This document shows positions 39,822 through 49,577 of a DNA stretch of 64,000 nucleotides, piece by piece. This stretch comes from a virus. The stretch covers positions 1-64,000 of IMG/VR virus record IMGVR_UViG_3300022074_000021. The stretch is one strand, 5' to 3'. Numbering within the stretch: position 1 is the stretch's first letter; each line of letters opens with the position of its first letter. The notes beneath the pieces were generated by a model that was not told where the DNA came from, ran no database searches, and saw only the letters and a list, made by a program, of their open reading frames with translations. A program made the translations under genes and the position numbers.

Positions 39822-40748
39822 TTATGCTTTAAGAGCCATTTCTAAAGCAACTAGGCACGCAAAGCAGTTAATTTCTTTATCAACTATAAATGCAGTCTTA
39901 TACAAATGATCAGCAATAATAGTAATCATTTGCTTTTTCTTAAACTCATCAATCGGTTGGCTATAAATATAATCTAACAAATTAGCAAGTAATGTATCAT
40001 AGTCTCCTTGAAAGCGATCTTCATTCTCGATAAGATATTTTCGTACTTTTAACGAGTCTTTTTTGATACCTTCGAAGATGCTGTTAAGTAGCTCACTGTC
40101 ACTCCCACTGCTATCAATGCAAAGCTCGCCATCAATAACTGACTTTTGGATTTCGTTGATAGTTTTTCGGAGATCAGGAAAGAGTCTCTTAACCAGTACG
40201 ACAAATTTTTTCTTTTGCTCATCACTTACTTTTACGTTTTCTTTTTTTAATATATTAAAGCAACGTTTAGCTGCTTGTTCGACGACAGGTTTTAAATCGA
40301 GAGATTGACATCTAGATTGTAATGCGGGGATAATCTTATGCTTATAGTTAGCAGTAAGAATAAACCTACAGTACTTAGCGTACGTCTCCATAGTATTACG
40401 AAGCGCAGCCTGTGCCTGAGAGGTTAGCCCATCAGCTTCATCTAATACTACTACCTTTACACCACCATCAAATGATTTAGTTTGTGCAAAGTTTGTAATA
40501 TTATGGCGAATAGTATCAATACCAGATTCGTCAGAAGCATTAATATAAAGATAATTACATCCAAGAATGTCATTAACAATAATTCTTGCAAGAGTAGTTT
40601 TACCAGTACCAGGGCTACCAACAAATAATAAATTAGGAATCTCATCCTTAAATTGTGATACTATTCTAAGGGACTTATCATCGAGTATAAGATCATCTAA
40701 CTTAACCGGTCTATACTTCTCCACCCATATCTTATCAAACTCAATCAT
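39822..40748 (-). CDS. gp44: clamp loader ATPase subunit (RFC-like)
   Basis: WVEKYRP, Walker A GSPGTGKT, INASDE, Walker B VLDEAD, SRC motif. Confidence 0.93.
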   Translation of the reverse strand: MIEFDKIWVEKYRPVKLDDLILDDKSLRIVSQFKDEIPNLLFVGSPGTGKTTLARIIVNDILGCNYLYINASDESGIDTIRHNITNFAQTKSFDGGVKVVVLDEADGLTSQAQAALRNTMETYAKYCRFILTANYKHKIIPALQSRCQSLDLKPVVEQAAKRCFNILKKENVKVSDEQKKKFVVLVKRLFPDLRKTINEIQKSVIDGELCIDSSGSDSELLNSIFEGIKKDSLKVRKYLIENEDRFQGDYDTLLANLLDYIYSQPIDEFKKKQMITIIADHLYKTAFIVDKEINCFACLVALEMALKA

Positions 40749-40751
40749 AAC

Positions 40752-41174
40752 TTATTTACCTGAACTACCGAAGCCCTTATCTCCACGAATAGATTCTTCA
40801 ACAGAACCTTCTGATACTTCCACTGGGTAGTTAGCATATACTACGAACTGGGCAACACGTTCTCCAGCTTTTACTTCGTAATTTTTATCAGTTAGGTTAT
40901 AAAGTTTAACTCCAGCATCACCACGATAGCCTTCGTCGATAATACCTGGATGTGGCATAATGCCATGCTTAAAACCTAAACCAGAACGCCCTTCAACTTT
41001 AACCCAAAAACCTTCTTCAATATAAGCAAACTTGAGACCAACACCAACAACCGCCGAACCTCGAGCTGGAATTGTTACACTTTCAACTGAAGTAACATCC
41101 ATACCCGTATCATTATCATGATTTTTTACTGGTAACACCGCATCAACATGCGTCTTTTCAAACTTTAACTTCAT
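40752..41174 (-). CDS. dut: trimeric dUTPase
   Basis: TGMD, GRSGLG, GIIDEGYRG, AQ and RGDKGFGSSG motifs. Confidence 0.95.
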   Translation of the reverse strand: MKLKFEKTHVDAVLPVKNHDNDTGMDVTSVESVTIPARGSAVVGVGLKFAYIEEGFWVKVEGRSGLGFKHGIMPHPGIIDEGYRGDAGVKLYNLTDKNYEVKAGERVAQFVVYANYPVEVSEGSVEESIRGDKGFGSSGK

Positions 41175-41180
41175 ACATAT

Positions 41181-41211
41181 ATGATATACTACGAATAAAA
41201 ATATTCAACTA
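41181..41211 (-). promoter_or_regulatory. sigma70-like early/middle promoter for dut-gp44
   Basis: TAGTTGAAT-N16-TATCAT. Confidence 0.6.
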
Positions 41212-41248
41212 CGTAGTGGATTATATTAAATGTAGATTAAATATAGTA

Positions 41249-41725
41249 GTGGAAGGTAATAATGCATCTTTTGACCCTACTAATGACGTTGACAATGCTG
41301 TTGATGATATCATTACACAACTGAGTACTCAGAATCATTCAGAGACAAAAGCAAAACAATCTGCTGAAGTACCTGAAACTGATGAACTAGAAGAGTATCT
41401 TGTTAAAACTACAGCAAGACTTATTGATACAACGTTAGATGCTGTTGATAATGTTAAAGATTATATATCATCGGCCCCTGAGAACAGAGATGTAGCTTCT
41501 CTAGCCGAGCTTATGCGTTCCGCAAACGGGGCTATTGAAACTATGCAGAAGATCCATGCTAATAAAGAGAACATTCAATCACGTAAGGATGTTAAGCAGA
41601 TGGATATTGACTCAAAGAAAGAACTTAATATGATAGACAATACAACTAAGTTAGTAATGTCGAGAGAAGATGTTCTTAAAGCTCTTACTAATGGGGAGCA
41701 GGAAGAAGAAGTAATAGATATTTAG
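41249..41725 (+). CDS. probable terminase small subunit (gp16-like)
   Basis: Helical pattern LID....AVD......S.PENRDVASLAELMRS....IETMQK and C-terminal N...LVMSREDVLKAL, reminiscent of T4-like gp16. GTG start 5 nt after TAAATA (41238-41243). Confidence 0.55.
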   Translation: MEGNNASFDPTNDVDNAVDDIITQLSTQNHSETKAKQSAEVPETDELEEYLVKTTARLIDTTLDAVDNVKDYISSAPENRDVASLAELMRSANGAIETMQKIHANKENIQSRKDVKQMDIDSKKELNMIDNTTKLVMSREDVLKALTNGEQEEEVIDI

Positions 41726-43590
41726 TTTAAAGGTGGCAGCGTAGTGTTCTCAATAATGACTTCCGAATCAGGATATTCCAAACTATCTATTACATTACCA
41801 TTAGCTTCTTTAGATATTCCGTTATTAAGAATGTTTTTAATTTTATCAAGTTCACCTATACATACTTTAATCTCTAGAATATTTGTAATTTCCTCTTGAG
41901 ATATTTTAGGAATTTCACTCCAGCCAGTATCACTAATTTTCTTAGAATTATCCATACTCATGCTCTTGTTATTAAATGATTCATTCGCCGGCGATCTTAA
42001 TAGATATTGCCACGCCCCTAAAGTAAAATCAGTAATAATATCTGATTGCGAATTGACATCAATAATTTTAAAATATAGCCAGTCGCTAGTACCAGCTGGT
42101 CTAACAGCAACAAACGCTTGATTGGCTCTTTGATATTTAGCAATACTCGTATCTCTAATAAATTGCTTACGTTTCTTGCTAGTACTTCCTGCTGTATCTC
42201 GACCGAAAAAGGCAGCTAATAATCCTGCACTAACTGCAACACCATCATTGTAGATTTTTTCAGTTTGTGGTTTTAGTTGCTCCATACTTGATTCAGTCAA
42301 CTCATGATCCCATCCGCTTGTAACTAATTGAGCAGCCGTTCCAGTCTCATTACCATCCGGATCATTTAAAACTCCAGTTCGTAATGCTTCCCGTCCAGCG
42401 TCTGTTCTTGCTATCTTTGAAGGAGCGTATATATAATTTTCACCTATGTTACCTACACCGCCAATAGTTTTAAGATCATCAGGGGTTTTATCGTATGTAT
42501 CTATAAAAGCAATCTTGTGTTCCTTATCAATATAGGCTGCAAAAATAGTGTATCGTGGATTACCATTTGGTTTATGCTCTATAATATCTGATATTTTAGT
42601 CTCACCATCTACGTATGTATTTACATTCTCACCTTTAATCCGGGTTTGACTATCAAGTAATGAATTATTATCTTTATAACGTTTAGTCTGTCCTATAGGG
42701 TTTTCATCTGTAGAAATTCCATTAACACTACCTACTCTAGTACCAATACTCCTCTTTTTATTATCTCTTGGGCTGTAAGGATTATATCGAAAGCTTTGCT
42801 CAAATCGTCTAAAACACCCACCCATCTCTTGCCTAACTTTTGCTAAGACGTTACTACTAGCAGCGGAGTAATCATAGTAAGATTGAACATCTGGAGTATA
42901 TCTAAATACACTTGCTGGGTTTCTTAAAGATTTACCGCTATTAATTTTATTATCAATCTCGGATAAATTTTCTTCACCAGCCAATACTTTTTGCACACTC
43001 TTAAATGCTTGTGTAGATGTCTGAATAATTTCGGTATAAGCTTTACTGAATACTAATGGTATTTTTGTTCTAATTGTTTCATCTATACTATTAGTCATAT
43101 TACCAAATGATTCTGATAGCTGACCTACACCAAAGGTATTAGAATTATTTTTATTAGATGCTACTTGCGCTATTCTAGCTACGCTGTCTGATGTTCGAGC
43201 AAATAAATTACAAGGAGAGTTTAAACAATCCAGTAAAGCTTTTTCAAAAAGAGATTGAAAATCATCAGAGAACAAATTTGGAGTGCTCCAACGTGCGCGC
43301 ATCTCTTGTATTGCAGATCCAAATATTGGGTTATGTGTTATTTTAAGTAAATAATACTCAATAGTAGATCCATCCAGTACTGAGCTATTAAGTGTAAGAT
43401 CTTGTACTAGCTTAGTAGCTGAATCTAAATTACCATTAATAGCGCTGTTGTAGTTTAAAGCTAAGTTAATATCTAGCTCCCAATCTGGGTTATCTACCAA
43501 ATCACAAAATGGGGTGTTATACTTTAAGTAATCTTTACTTATAGCCAACCCTTGCAATTTTTCATGAAGATTGTTTCCATATATAATCAT
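41722..43590 (-). CDS. hypothetical tail/baseplate-region protein
   Basis: 622 aa ORF coupled (ATGA) to the gp53-like gene. Confidence 0.6.
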   Translation of the reverse strand: MIIYGNNLHEKLQGLAISKDYLKYNTPFCDLVDNPDWELDINLALNYNSAINGNLDSATKLVQDLTLNSSVLDGSTIEYYLLKITHNPIFGSAIQEMRARWSTPNLFSDDFQSLFEKALLDCLNSPCNLFARTSDSVARIAQVASNKNNSNTFGVGQLSESFGNMTNSIDETIRTKIPLVFSKAYTEIIQTSTQAFKSVQKVLAGEENLSEIDNKINSGKSLRNPASVFRYTPDVQSYYDYSAASSNVLAKVRQEMGGCFRRFEQSFRYNPYSPRDNKKRSIGTRVGSVNGISTDENPIGQTKRYKDNNSLLDSQTRIKGENVNTYVDGETKISDIIEHKPNGNPRYTIFAAYIDKEHKIAFIDTYDKTPDDLKTIGGVGNIGENYIYAPSKIARTDAGREALRTGVLNDPDGNETGTAAQLVTSGWDHELTESSMEQLKPQTEKIYNDGVAVSAGLLAAFFGRDTAGSTSKKRKQFIRDTSIAKYQRANQAFVAVRPAGTSDWLYFKIIDVNSQSDIITDFTLGAWQYLLRSPANESFNNKSMSMDNSKKISDTGWSEIPKISQEEITNILEIKVCIGELDKIKNILNNGISKEANGNVIDSLEYPDSEVIIENTTLPPLN

Positions 43591-43967
43591 GATTGATTAG
43601 ATTTAAGTTGTTCTAAAACTCTATAAAGGGCACCTGGTTTAATATATTTGTATGTCCTGTTAGCTTGCGCTTGAAATATATAGTCTGGTTTGTTTAAAAG
43701 GTAAACTGACCACCATAGTTGAATTGTACTATATAGCTCATACGATAGAGTTGTCCATGGCTTATCACTTATTAAAGTAATTTCATCAATAAAATCATCA
43801 CTGATATCATCTGGAAATGATACTTTATTTAACAGATTATAAAAATAAAAATTGTTATCACCGTTATCAACCAAATTTACATTGAAGATATTTTCATACA
43901 ATTCACTCGAGAGATTATTAAGATCTTCAACTTGATTTTGTTTTGTACCGTTAATTATTGTGCTCAT
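43587..43967 (-). CDS. gp53: baseplate wedge gp53-like (LysM-like) protein
   Basis: D..WTTLSYELYSTIQLWW.VYLLN signature. Confidence 0.75.
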   Translation of the reverse strand: MSTIINGTKQNQVEDLNNLSSELYENIFNVNLVDNGDNNFYFYNLLNKVSFPDDISDDFIDEITLISDKPWTTLSYELYSTIQLWWSVYLLNKPDYIFQAQANRTYKYIKPGALYRVLEQLKSNQS

Positions 43968-45121
43968 TAGTTACCAAATATTACTGTGTTACCATCTAAA
44001 GATGTGTTAAAATTATCTCCTAACATTGTGTTACCATAATCTTTAATTAAGGAAGAAAATGTAATAGACACTTGATACGCATCAGGTACAGGAGTTTCAA
44101 TTAACTTACTATTAATTGTACCACTACCATTACCAGTGGGGACGTATACTTTTGACTTTCTTATTGTACCTTGAAAATCTACTGACATATTAGAAATATA
44201 CGCATATGGCATAGAAAATTGACCTGGTACTGACACAGAGTATATTTTAGGAGGAGGCGTTCTACCAAATGATGTCTTGTAAGGCTTATTCTGAAAAGCC
44301 AAAAGCCATAGCAATTCATAATTTTGCTGGATAGGGCTAACAGTCCCCCGTCTTATAGTATTAGCAAGTGGGAAGGTAACAGTCTCTGAGCGAGGGGAAG
44401 GTTCTTGAAAGTACATAGGCTTTTCGATATATACTCCTGGCTGCGCAATATTAACTACATCGGAAATAGTATTGACAGTTTTCATACCTTTGTCAATAAA
44501 CTTAGAAATGAGATTATCACCACCTGTTTCGCCCCATTCTCCTGTTGTTATAGTTGGACTTTCATAAATTGGTAATCTATATTGGAATCCAGTAGGACGT
44601 GTAAAATAAATACCTTCTAACGATTTAAGATTATTTTGTCTAAGTAGAGCCCTATCTGTATCAGTACCGCTTGTACGGGCTTGAAATCCATCTAAAAAAC
44701 TACCAGCCCCTTCGAAGGCTTTTTTGGTTGCTTCTGATGCTTGAATTTTTTTAAGAGTACTTTGAATAAAATTGCTTTTTAACGATGCATCAATAACATT
44801 TGCTGAAGCGTTGAGATAATATAGAGCTCCACTTATTAATGAGCTTAATAATTGCTCTCGCTCGGTAAGAAAAATACATGGTACTTTATTAAGAGCTGCT
44901 TCAGAAGATGTTGGTCCTGCATACCAACTAAAGTCATTTACAACATCAATTATCTTTCTATTCGGCTTAAGTATAGGTTTATTATCCGTATCAGTAAGCT
45001 GTACGCTAAACTTCTTTAATATGTTTTGAACATCTTTACCTAGTTGTGTGCGATTACTAGCAAGATCTGTTCCTTCTTCGAAACGTGAAAGTCCTTGGGT
45101 GTTAATTAAAACTGTACTCAT
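43967..45121 (-). CDS. tail-tube initiator / baseplate cap (gp48-like)
   Basis: R...VTFPL.N...PPPKIYSVSVPG.F....AYISNMSVDF.G...P....VSITF tube-fold C-terminus; lies between the tape-measure-like gene and gp53. Confidence 0.6.
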   Translation of the reverse strand: MSTVLINTQGLSRFEEGTDLASNRTQLGKDVQNILKKFSVQLTDTDNKPILKPNRKIIDVVNDFSWYAGPTSSEAALNKVPCIFLTEREQLLSSLISGALYYLNASANVIDASLKSNFIQSTLKKIQASEATKKAFEGAGSFLDGFQARTSGTDTDRALLRQNNLKSLEGIYFTRPTGFQYRLPIYESPTITTGEWGETGGDNLISKFIDKGMKTVNTISDVVNIAQPGVYIEKPMYFQEPSPRSETVTFPLANTIRRGTVSPIQQNYELLWLLAFQNKPYKTSFGRTPPPKIYSVSVPGQFSMPYAYISNMSVDFQGTIRKSKVYVPTGNGSGTINSKLIETPVPDAYQVSITFSSLIKDYGNTMLGDNFNTSLDGNTVIFGN

Positions 45122-46656
45122 TATGCGTAGAATTCTGTTGTTAGTTTGTTAGAGGGAAATTGTATATCTGTAGGGCCAGTTTTTCCAGATTGTGATACTA
45201 ATGCATTAATACCATTACGAATAGATATCAATACTGATAGCTGATTTTTATTAATATCACTTATTGTAGACATTGTTTTAGAGTTACCATCAAGCATCTT
45301 ATCGATAGGACCACCAGTCTTAGCAGCAAGTATAGAATCTTCATCATCAAATGCTGTTACATTACCGTTTTTAGAAATATAACCATCTTTAATGTCACTA
45401 GGTAACTTATTTGTCGCTTGAAATGCTTTCTGCTCAGCTGGTGTCAAATGAAGAATTTCTTCTGCTCTTTGCTGCTCCGGAGTCATTCTAGCATCTCTTT
45501 CTTGCTTACGCCTCATCTGTTGTGCGTTCCAAGCTGCCTGTCTTATCTCAGCTTCAGACATGGCATCAGGATCTTCTATTCTATCAATATCAATACCAGG
45601 AATTTTATTAGCTATATCAATTATCTTATTCTGACCCGCACGAACCATGTCCTTAAAAATAGCTATAGCACCTTCAAAGACTGACCTTAGAGAACTACCA
45701 ATTTGATCAAAGACACCCACTATCCATCCCCATGAGTCAGTTGCAATCTCTTTACCTTTTTGATATACGTCGTTAAGTTCGTTACCAGCTAAAGTTGTAA
45801 AAGCATCGAACGCCATTAAAAAATTTTCATTGGCACCTTGTCCGAGCATTGCTGGTATTATCTTTCCCCACGCTTTAAAACCTTCTGCAAAATCTAATTT
45901 AGCCATATGCCCAATACCAACTCCAAATTGATACAAGCCACTTAACAATGGTATTTTACCATCTTTAATATTTTGCCAAACTACTGCTCCTAGCTCACTT
46001 GCCTTTGTATTTAGCCAGGTCCCAAAATCTACATCTCTTTCGCCAGTATTCTCATTCTTAGGGTTATTATATTCATACATGAATTTAATCATGTCCATAC
46101 CAACAGACACTGCAGTACCAATACCAGGAAATAGACCAGCAATACCAGAAGTAAGTTCATATAGACCCTCAAATGGCTTATCCCTCTGAAATGCGTCGTA
46201 TGCATATCCAAAGTTAATAAGCGAACCTACTAGAGGTAAAACTTTTAGCATTTTGATAGGTACGAGTTTCGCTAGCTTTAAAGCCATTGTAGCCAAGTGA
46301 CCAGTATCTGTAACTATTGCAAGAGCAGTTCCGAGAAGACCTGCTCCAAGAAGACCCATGAGGTTTACCCCTCCACCGCCATTACCACCAGCTTGAATCG
46401 CAGCCATCTGACTAGCAGTATCACCTCCTGCCGCGATAGTCCCTCTGCTAATTTTTTGAGCCTCAGGATCAGGATCAATAACATCTTTCATAATCCCGAA
46501 TATTTTAGTATATCTAGATATCTCTTGGGTTGTAAGATTAGGATTGACTTCACCAGGTCTATTATCTTTTCTCACACCACGTTCACTTTCTGGTGCGCTC
46601 TTATTAGTAAGAGCGCCCATTATTGCTGCGAATGGATTGGTAACGTCTTCTGCCAC
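45121..46656 (-). CDS. tape measure / baseplate hub (gp29-like) protein
   Basis: Helical Ala/Gly-rich protein with LKVLPLVGSLI...G...GIAGLFPGIGTAVS tape-measure-type segments. GTG start 5 nt after TAAATA. Confidence 0.6.
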   Translation of the reverse strand: MAEDVTNPFAAIMGALTNKSAPESERGVRKDNRPGEVNPNLTTQEISRYTKIFGIMKDVIDPDPEAQKISRGTIAAGGDTASQMAAIQAGGNGGGGVNLMGLLGAGLLGTALAIVTDTGHLATMALKLAKLVPIKMLKVLPLVGSLINFGYAYDAFQRDKPFEGLYELTSGIAGLFPGIGTAVSVGMDMIKFMYEYNNPKNENTGERDVDFGTWLNTKASELGAVVWQNIKDGKIPLLSGLYQFGVGIGHMAKLDFAEGFKAWGKIIPAMLGQGANENFLMAFDAFTTLAGNELNDVYQKGKEIATDSWGWIVGVFDQIGSSLRSVFEGAIAIFKDMVRAGQNKIIDIANKIPGIDIDRIEDPDAMSEAEIRQAAWNAQQMRRKQERDARMTPEQQRAEEILHLTPAEQKAFQATNKLPSDIKDGYISKNGNVTAFDDEDSILAAKTGGPIDKMLDGNSKTMSTISDINKNQLSVLISIRNGINALVSQSGKTGPTDIQFPSNKLTTEFYA

Positions 46657-46664
46657 CTAATTAT

Positions 46665-47405
46665 TTAATCAGTGGATAGGAAGCTTGCGTTAATTTCTAT
46701 CATAACTTCTTGATCAAATGTAACTGCTCTGTCTGTTACTTTTTTTATACTACTAATATAATCAAGAATTTTATTGCTAAGCTTAAGAGGTAAATTATTT
46801 ACAATTTCTTTACGTTCGAATGAGCTAATATCGCTAAATACAACAGTATTTTCACCAATTTTAATACTATCAATATACTTGCTCGTCTCGTATGATACAA
46901 CCATACCAACACTCTGCTTAAGTTTTTCGCTAGGGTCTGTGATTTTAGCTAGCTCTGCAATGAGTTTGTTATTAATAGCACTATCTATCGATAAGGTTGG
47001 TACACTTAAATCTACAGCAATTTCGTCATGTGATACTGTAGATTTAAGCTTAACATCAGATTTTTTGATAGATGGTAAGTCGTCAATATCATATTCAGCA
47101 TCATTAATTGTAATCTTAGATCCAACAGACTCTCTACGTAAACCTAATAGAATAGCAGGCTTATCAATAATAAGATACTCCTGATCCTCTACACTATTAT
47201 CTGTAATTAAATCGTTAAAAATATTAACTCGTTTAACAACACCATCAATTCCGTCAAATGCTGAGCTGATTAGCTTCTTCTGCTGACTAACACTTGCAAG
47301 TTTGAAAGATGCCTTCTTGGCTATTGATGGAATCTTAACTGTTACTGTATTAGCATTATTAAGCTCTTGAAGACTATTCAAAAAACTTTTAACATCAGAA
47401 CTCAT
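46665..47405 (-). CDS. baseplate hub assembly protein (gp26-like)
   Basis: VKIPS....F....V.QQK.L...DK..IL..LR..SVG pattern; TAAATA-N5-ATG. Confidence 0.65.
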   Translation of the reverse strand: MSSDVKSFLNSLQELNNANTVTVKIPSIAKKASFKLASVSQQKKLISSAFDGIDGVVKRVNIFNDLITDNSVEDQEYLIIDKPAILLGLRRESVGSKITINDAEYDIDDLPSIKKSDVKLKSTVSHDEIAVDLSVPTLSIDSAINNKLIAELAKITDPSEKLKQSVGMVVSYETSKYIDSIKIGENTVVFSDISSFERKEIVNNLPLKLSNKILDYISSIKKVTDRAVTFDQEVMIEINASFLSTD

Positions 47406-47413
47406 ACTAATAT

Positions 47414-48229
47414 TTATCTCTCATTTTGATTTTGCAACTTTTTGTTTTCTGTTGCAACTCTTTCACTGTGTATATTCATTAATATTCTAGATTCTACTGG
47501 TGATAACTTAAAGAATAAATCTGAACCTGGTGTGATTGTATTTTGGAATACATATATTAAAGAGTAAAATGATTTAAGATTAGTTGAAAACAGGTTAGAT
47601 ATAAATTGCATAACACCGTTGCCTAATATATTAATTTTAAGCTCTTCTACTCCAATAGCTTTATTCTGTTCAATTAATGATATGTCTAAGAGATTATTTT
47701 GAATCGTTTCAATGAACTTATTAATACGTTTAAAAAGAAATGCTGGTAGATTGTCCATTACCTGTGATTGTTCCTGCTTACTCAAAGTGCTAAACTCTAA
47801 AACGTTGTCGGCTACCTTAATTGTTTTAATTGTAGATATATATAAATCATCAATATGTTCGTAATATGATATACATGGAAGATCTAATGCTATTTCTATA
47901 CCTCCCTCTTCGAACTTAGTTTCTAAATCCACATAGTTAGTCTCGAGCTTTTCGAGTATAGAGTTTAAATTAACATCAATGTTTTTATTTTCTACATTAA
48001 GAGTTATCGAATCTTCGATGTATATCATTCTTATAAAAATAAGAAGATAAAACCTATCAAAAATGTTCATATCAGGCTCGATAAAGAGCTCTTCAAATAA
48101 TCTACTTAACCCTATTAAGTCATTATTCTGCGTATACTTAATAATAATGAGATAATCTTTATTATTTAACTCTTTGACTCTATACTTCTTACCTGATGGT
48201 AAGACTATTTCTACATTAAATTGCCGCAT
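47414..48229 (-). CDS. second gp26-like hub assembly protein with a gp51-like C-terminus
   Basis: LPSGKKYRV..L...DRFYLLIFIR pattern; C-terminal NLKSFY......L.P.E..I. Confidence 0.5.
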   Translation of the reverse strand: MRQFNVEIVLPSGKKYRVKELNNKDYLIIIKYTQNNDLIGLSRLFEELFIEPDMNIFDRFYLLIFIRMIYIEDSITLNVENKNIDVNLNSILEKLETNYVDLETKFEEGGIEIALDLPCISYYEHIDDLYISTIKTIKVADNVLEFSTLSKQEQSQVMDNLPAFLFKRINKFIETIQNNLLDISLIEQNKAIGVEELKINILGNGVMQFISNLFSTNLKSFYSLIYVFQNTITPGSDLFFKLSPVESRILMNIHSERVATENKKLQNQNER

Positions 48230-48947
48230 CTAATACCCCTCTAGGAGTATTTAGTTGATAATGTTGAAAAGTAAAGCCTACTCCACGAGATAATACATCA
48301 CTTGCATTAAAAGTGTCGTAGCTTATTTTATCACCTTGAACAGTATTGGGAATACAGTCATAAAAAGTATGCATTTTACGAATACCAAATTCTACTTCTT
48401 CATTCTCCCTTCGTCGCTTATTTGATTCCGCTACTTTATCTGGATATCGTATTGCAGTACGGGTATACTGTATAACATCAATATTACATTTAATATCAGG
48501 CTCAAAATCATCTTCTATTAAACCTGCATAAGAAGCAGCGACAGCCCATGGTTGAAAGAAAAAAGAAAATACATCTCTATTAGTTTCTAAAAAAGTAACA
48601 TCTAAATTATTGTTTTCCATTCTATTACCTCCAACTAACGCAGAGCGAAATCCACCTGCTTGTGATATACTAGCTGTGCTGATATCAAATCCCTCTTGTG
48701 GAAATAATACGTTTTGGGCTAATAAAAAACCAACTTCAGTATCAGATACTCGATCAATTAATCCAGTATCAACTCTAAACGTATTTGGTCTATAAGAATT
48801 TAAATAATACTCGATTGCATCCCCAACATTGGACATCGCACCACTGCCTGTTCGTGCGGAAAAATTAATACCCCAAATACTTTTAATTGGAATATCATTT
48901 GTCCAGTCTTGATGAAGCCGGAGACGCTTTCGAATATGATTAGGCAT
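48216..48947 (-). CDS. tail tube-like baseplate protein (gp54-like)
   Basis: LAQNVLFP, LDVTFLET..D....FFQPW, I.V.QY and F.DC.P..V...SY tube-fold motifs. Confidence 0.65.
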   Translation of the reverse strand: MPNHIRKRLRLHQDWTNDIPIKSIWGINFSARTGSGAMSNVGDAIEYYLNSYRPNTFRVDTGLIDRVSDTEVGFLLAQNVLFPQEGFDISTASISQAGGFRSALVGGNRMENNNLDVTFLETNRDVFSFFFQPWAVAASYAGLIEDDFEPDIKCNIDVIQYTRTAIRYPDKVAESNKRRRENEEVEFGIRKMHTFYDCIPNTVQGDKISYDTFNASDVLSRGVGFTFQHYQLNTPRGVLDAAI

Positions 48948-48950
48948 CTT

Positions 48951-49490
48951 TTATCGTTCTTTTGTATAGAAGTGATAAGAGATGGTAGCGTCAATATTAA
49001 CAGTTGTACCAGTACCACCGGCAATATCATAGTTAATACTATTAACATTACGTAGAGAGGCACCTATTAGCTTATACTCAGCAATTGGTTCGAGTTCTTT
49101 ATCGAGCTGTGCCAGTTGAATAAAGAAATCATCATCAGGAGTACCATATTCTCCGGTCGATGTCTGATCATCAAAGAGAGAGCGAGATGCTTGTTCAAAG
49201 TAATTACGAAGAGAGCTCTCAGCGTCAAGATAGAACTGCAGGGAGTAATCACCAGATCCTGGGTATGTTACTGCGCCAGGAACGTTCAATTGAAGACCCA
49301 TATAAGGTACAGCAACGTTTCCAATATTACGACCTGGTAAAGATGCTGTCTTGACATAAATAAGGTCACCTTCCTCGAGAGCAGGTACCCCTTGAAGCTG
49401 CATCTGAGTTACACGGAAAAGAAAATCACGTGAAAAGTCTTTATCAGCAGCTGTGCGATAAAAGTTTTGAATATTCTGATTTACAGGCAT
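48951..49490 (-). CDS. gp19: tail tube protein
   Basis: R..LFRV, KTASLPGR.IG.V.VPYMG....PG..TY, QLDK...YKL.G; follows the sheath gene. Confidence 0.88.
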   Translation of the reverse strand: MPVNQNIQNFYRTAADKDFSRDFLFRVTQMQLQGVPALEEGDLIYVKTASLPGRNIGNVAVPYMGLQLNVPGAVTYPGSGDYSLQFYLDAESSLRNYFEQASRSLFDDQTSTGEYGTPDDDFFIQLAQLDKELEPIAEYKLIGASLRNVNSINYDIAGGTGTTVNIDATISYHFYTKER

Positions 49491-49522
49491 ACTAATATTT
49501 ATGCTTCCAACAGTTAGATTAT

Positions 49523-49551
49523 AAAAAAAGAGGAGGTCTTTCGACCTCCTC
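49523..49551 (-). terminator. intrinsic terminator after the tail sheath gene
   Basis: Minus strand GAGGAGGTC-GAAA-GACCTCCTC-TTTTTTT. Confidence 0.88.
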
Positions 49552-49577
49552 CTGTAAATTTATTTAAGTTTATTAAT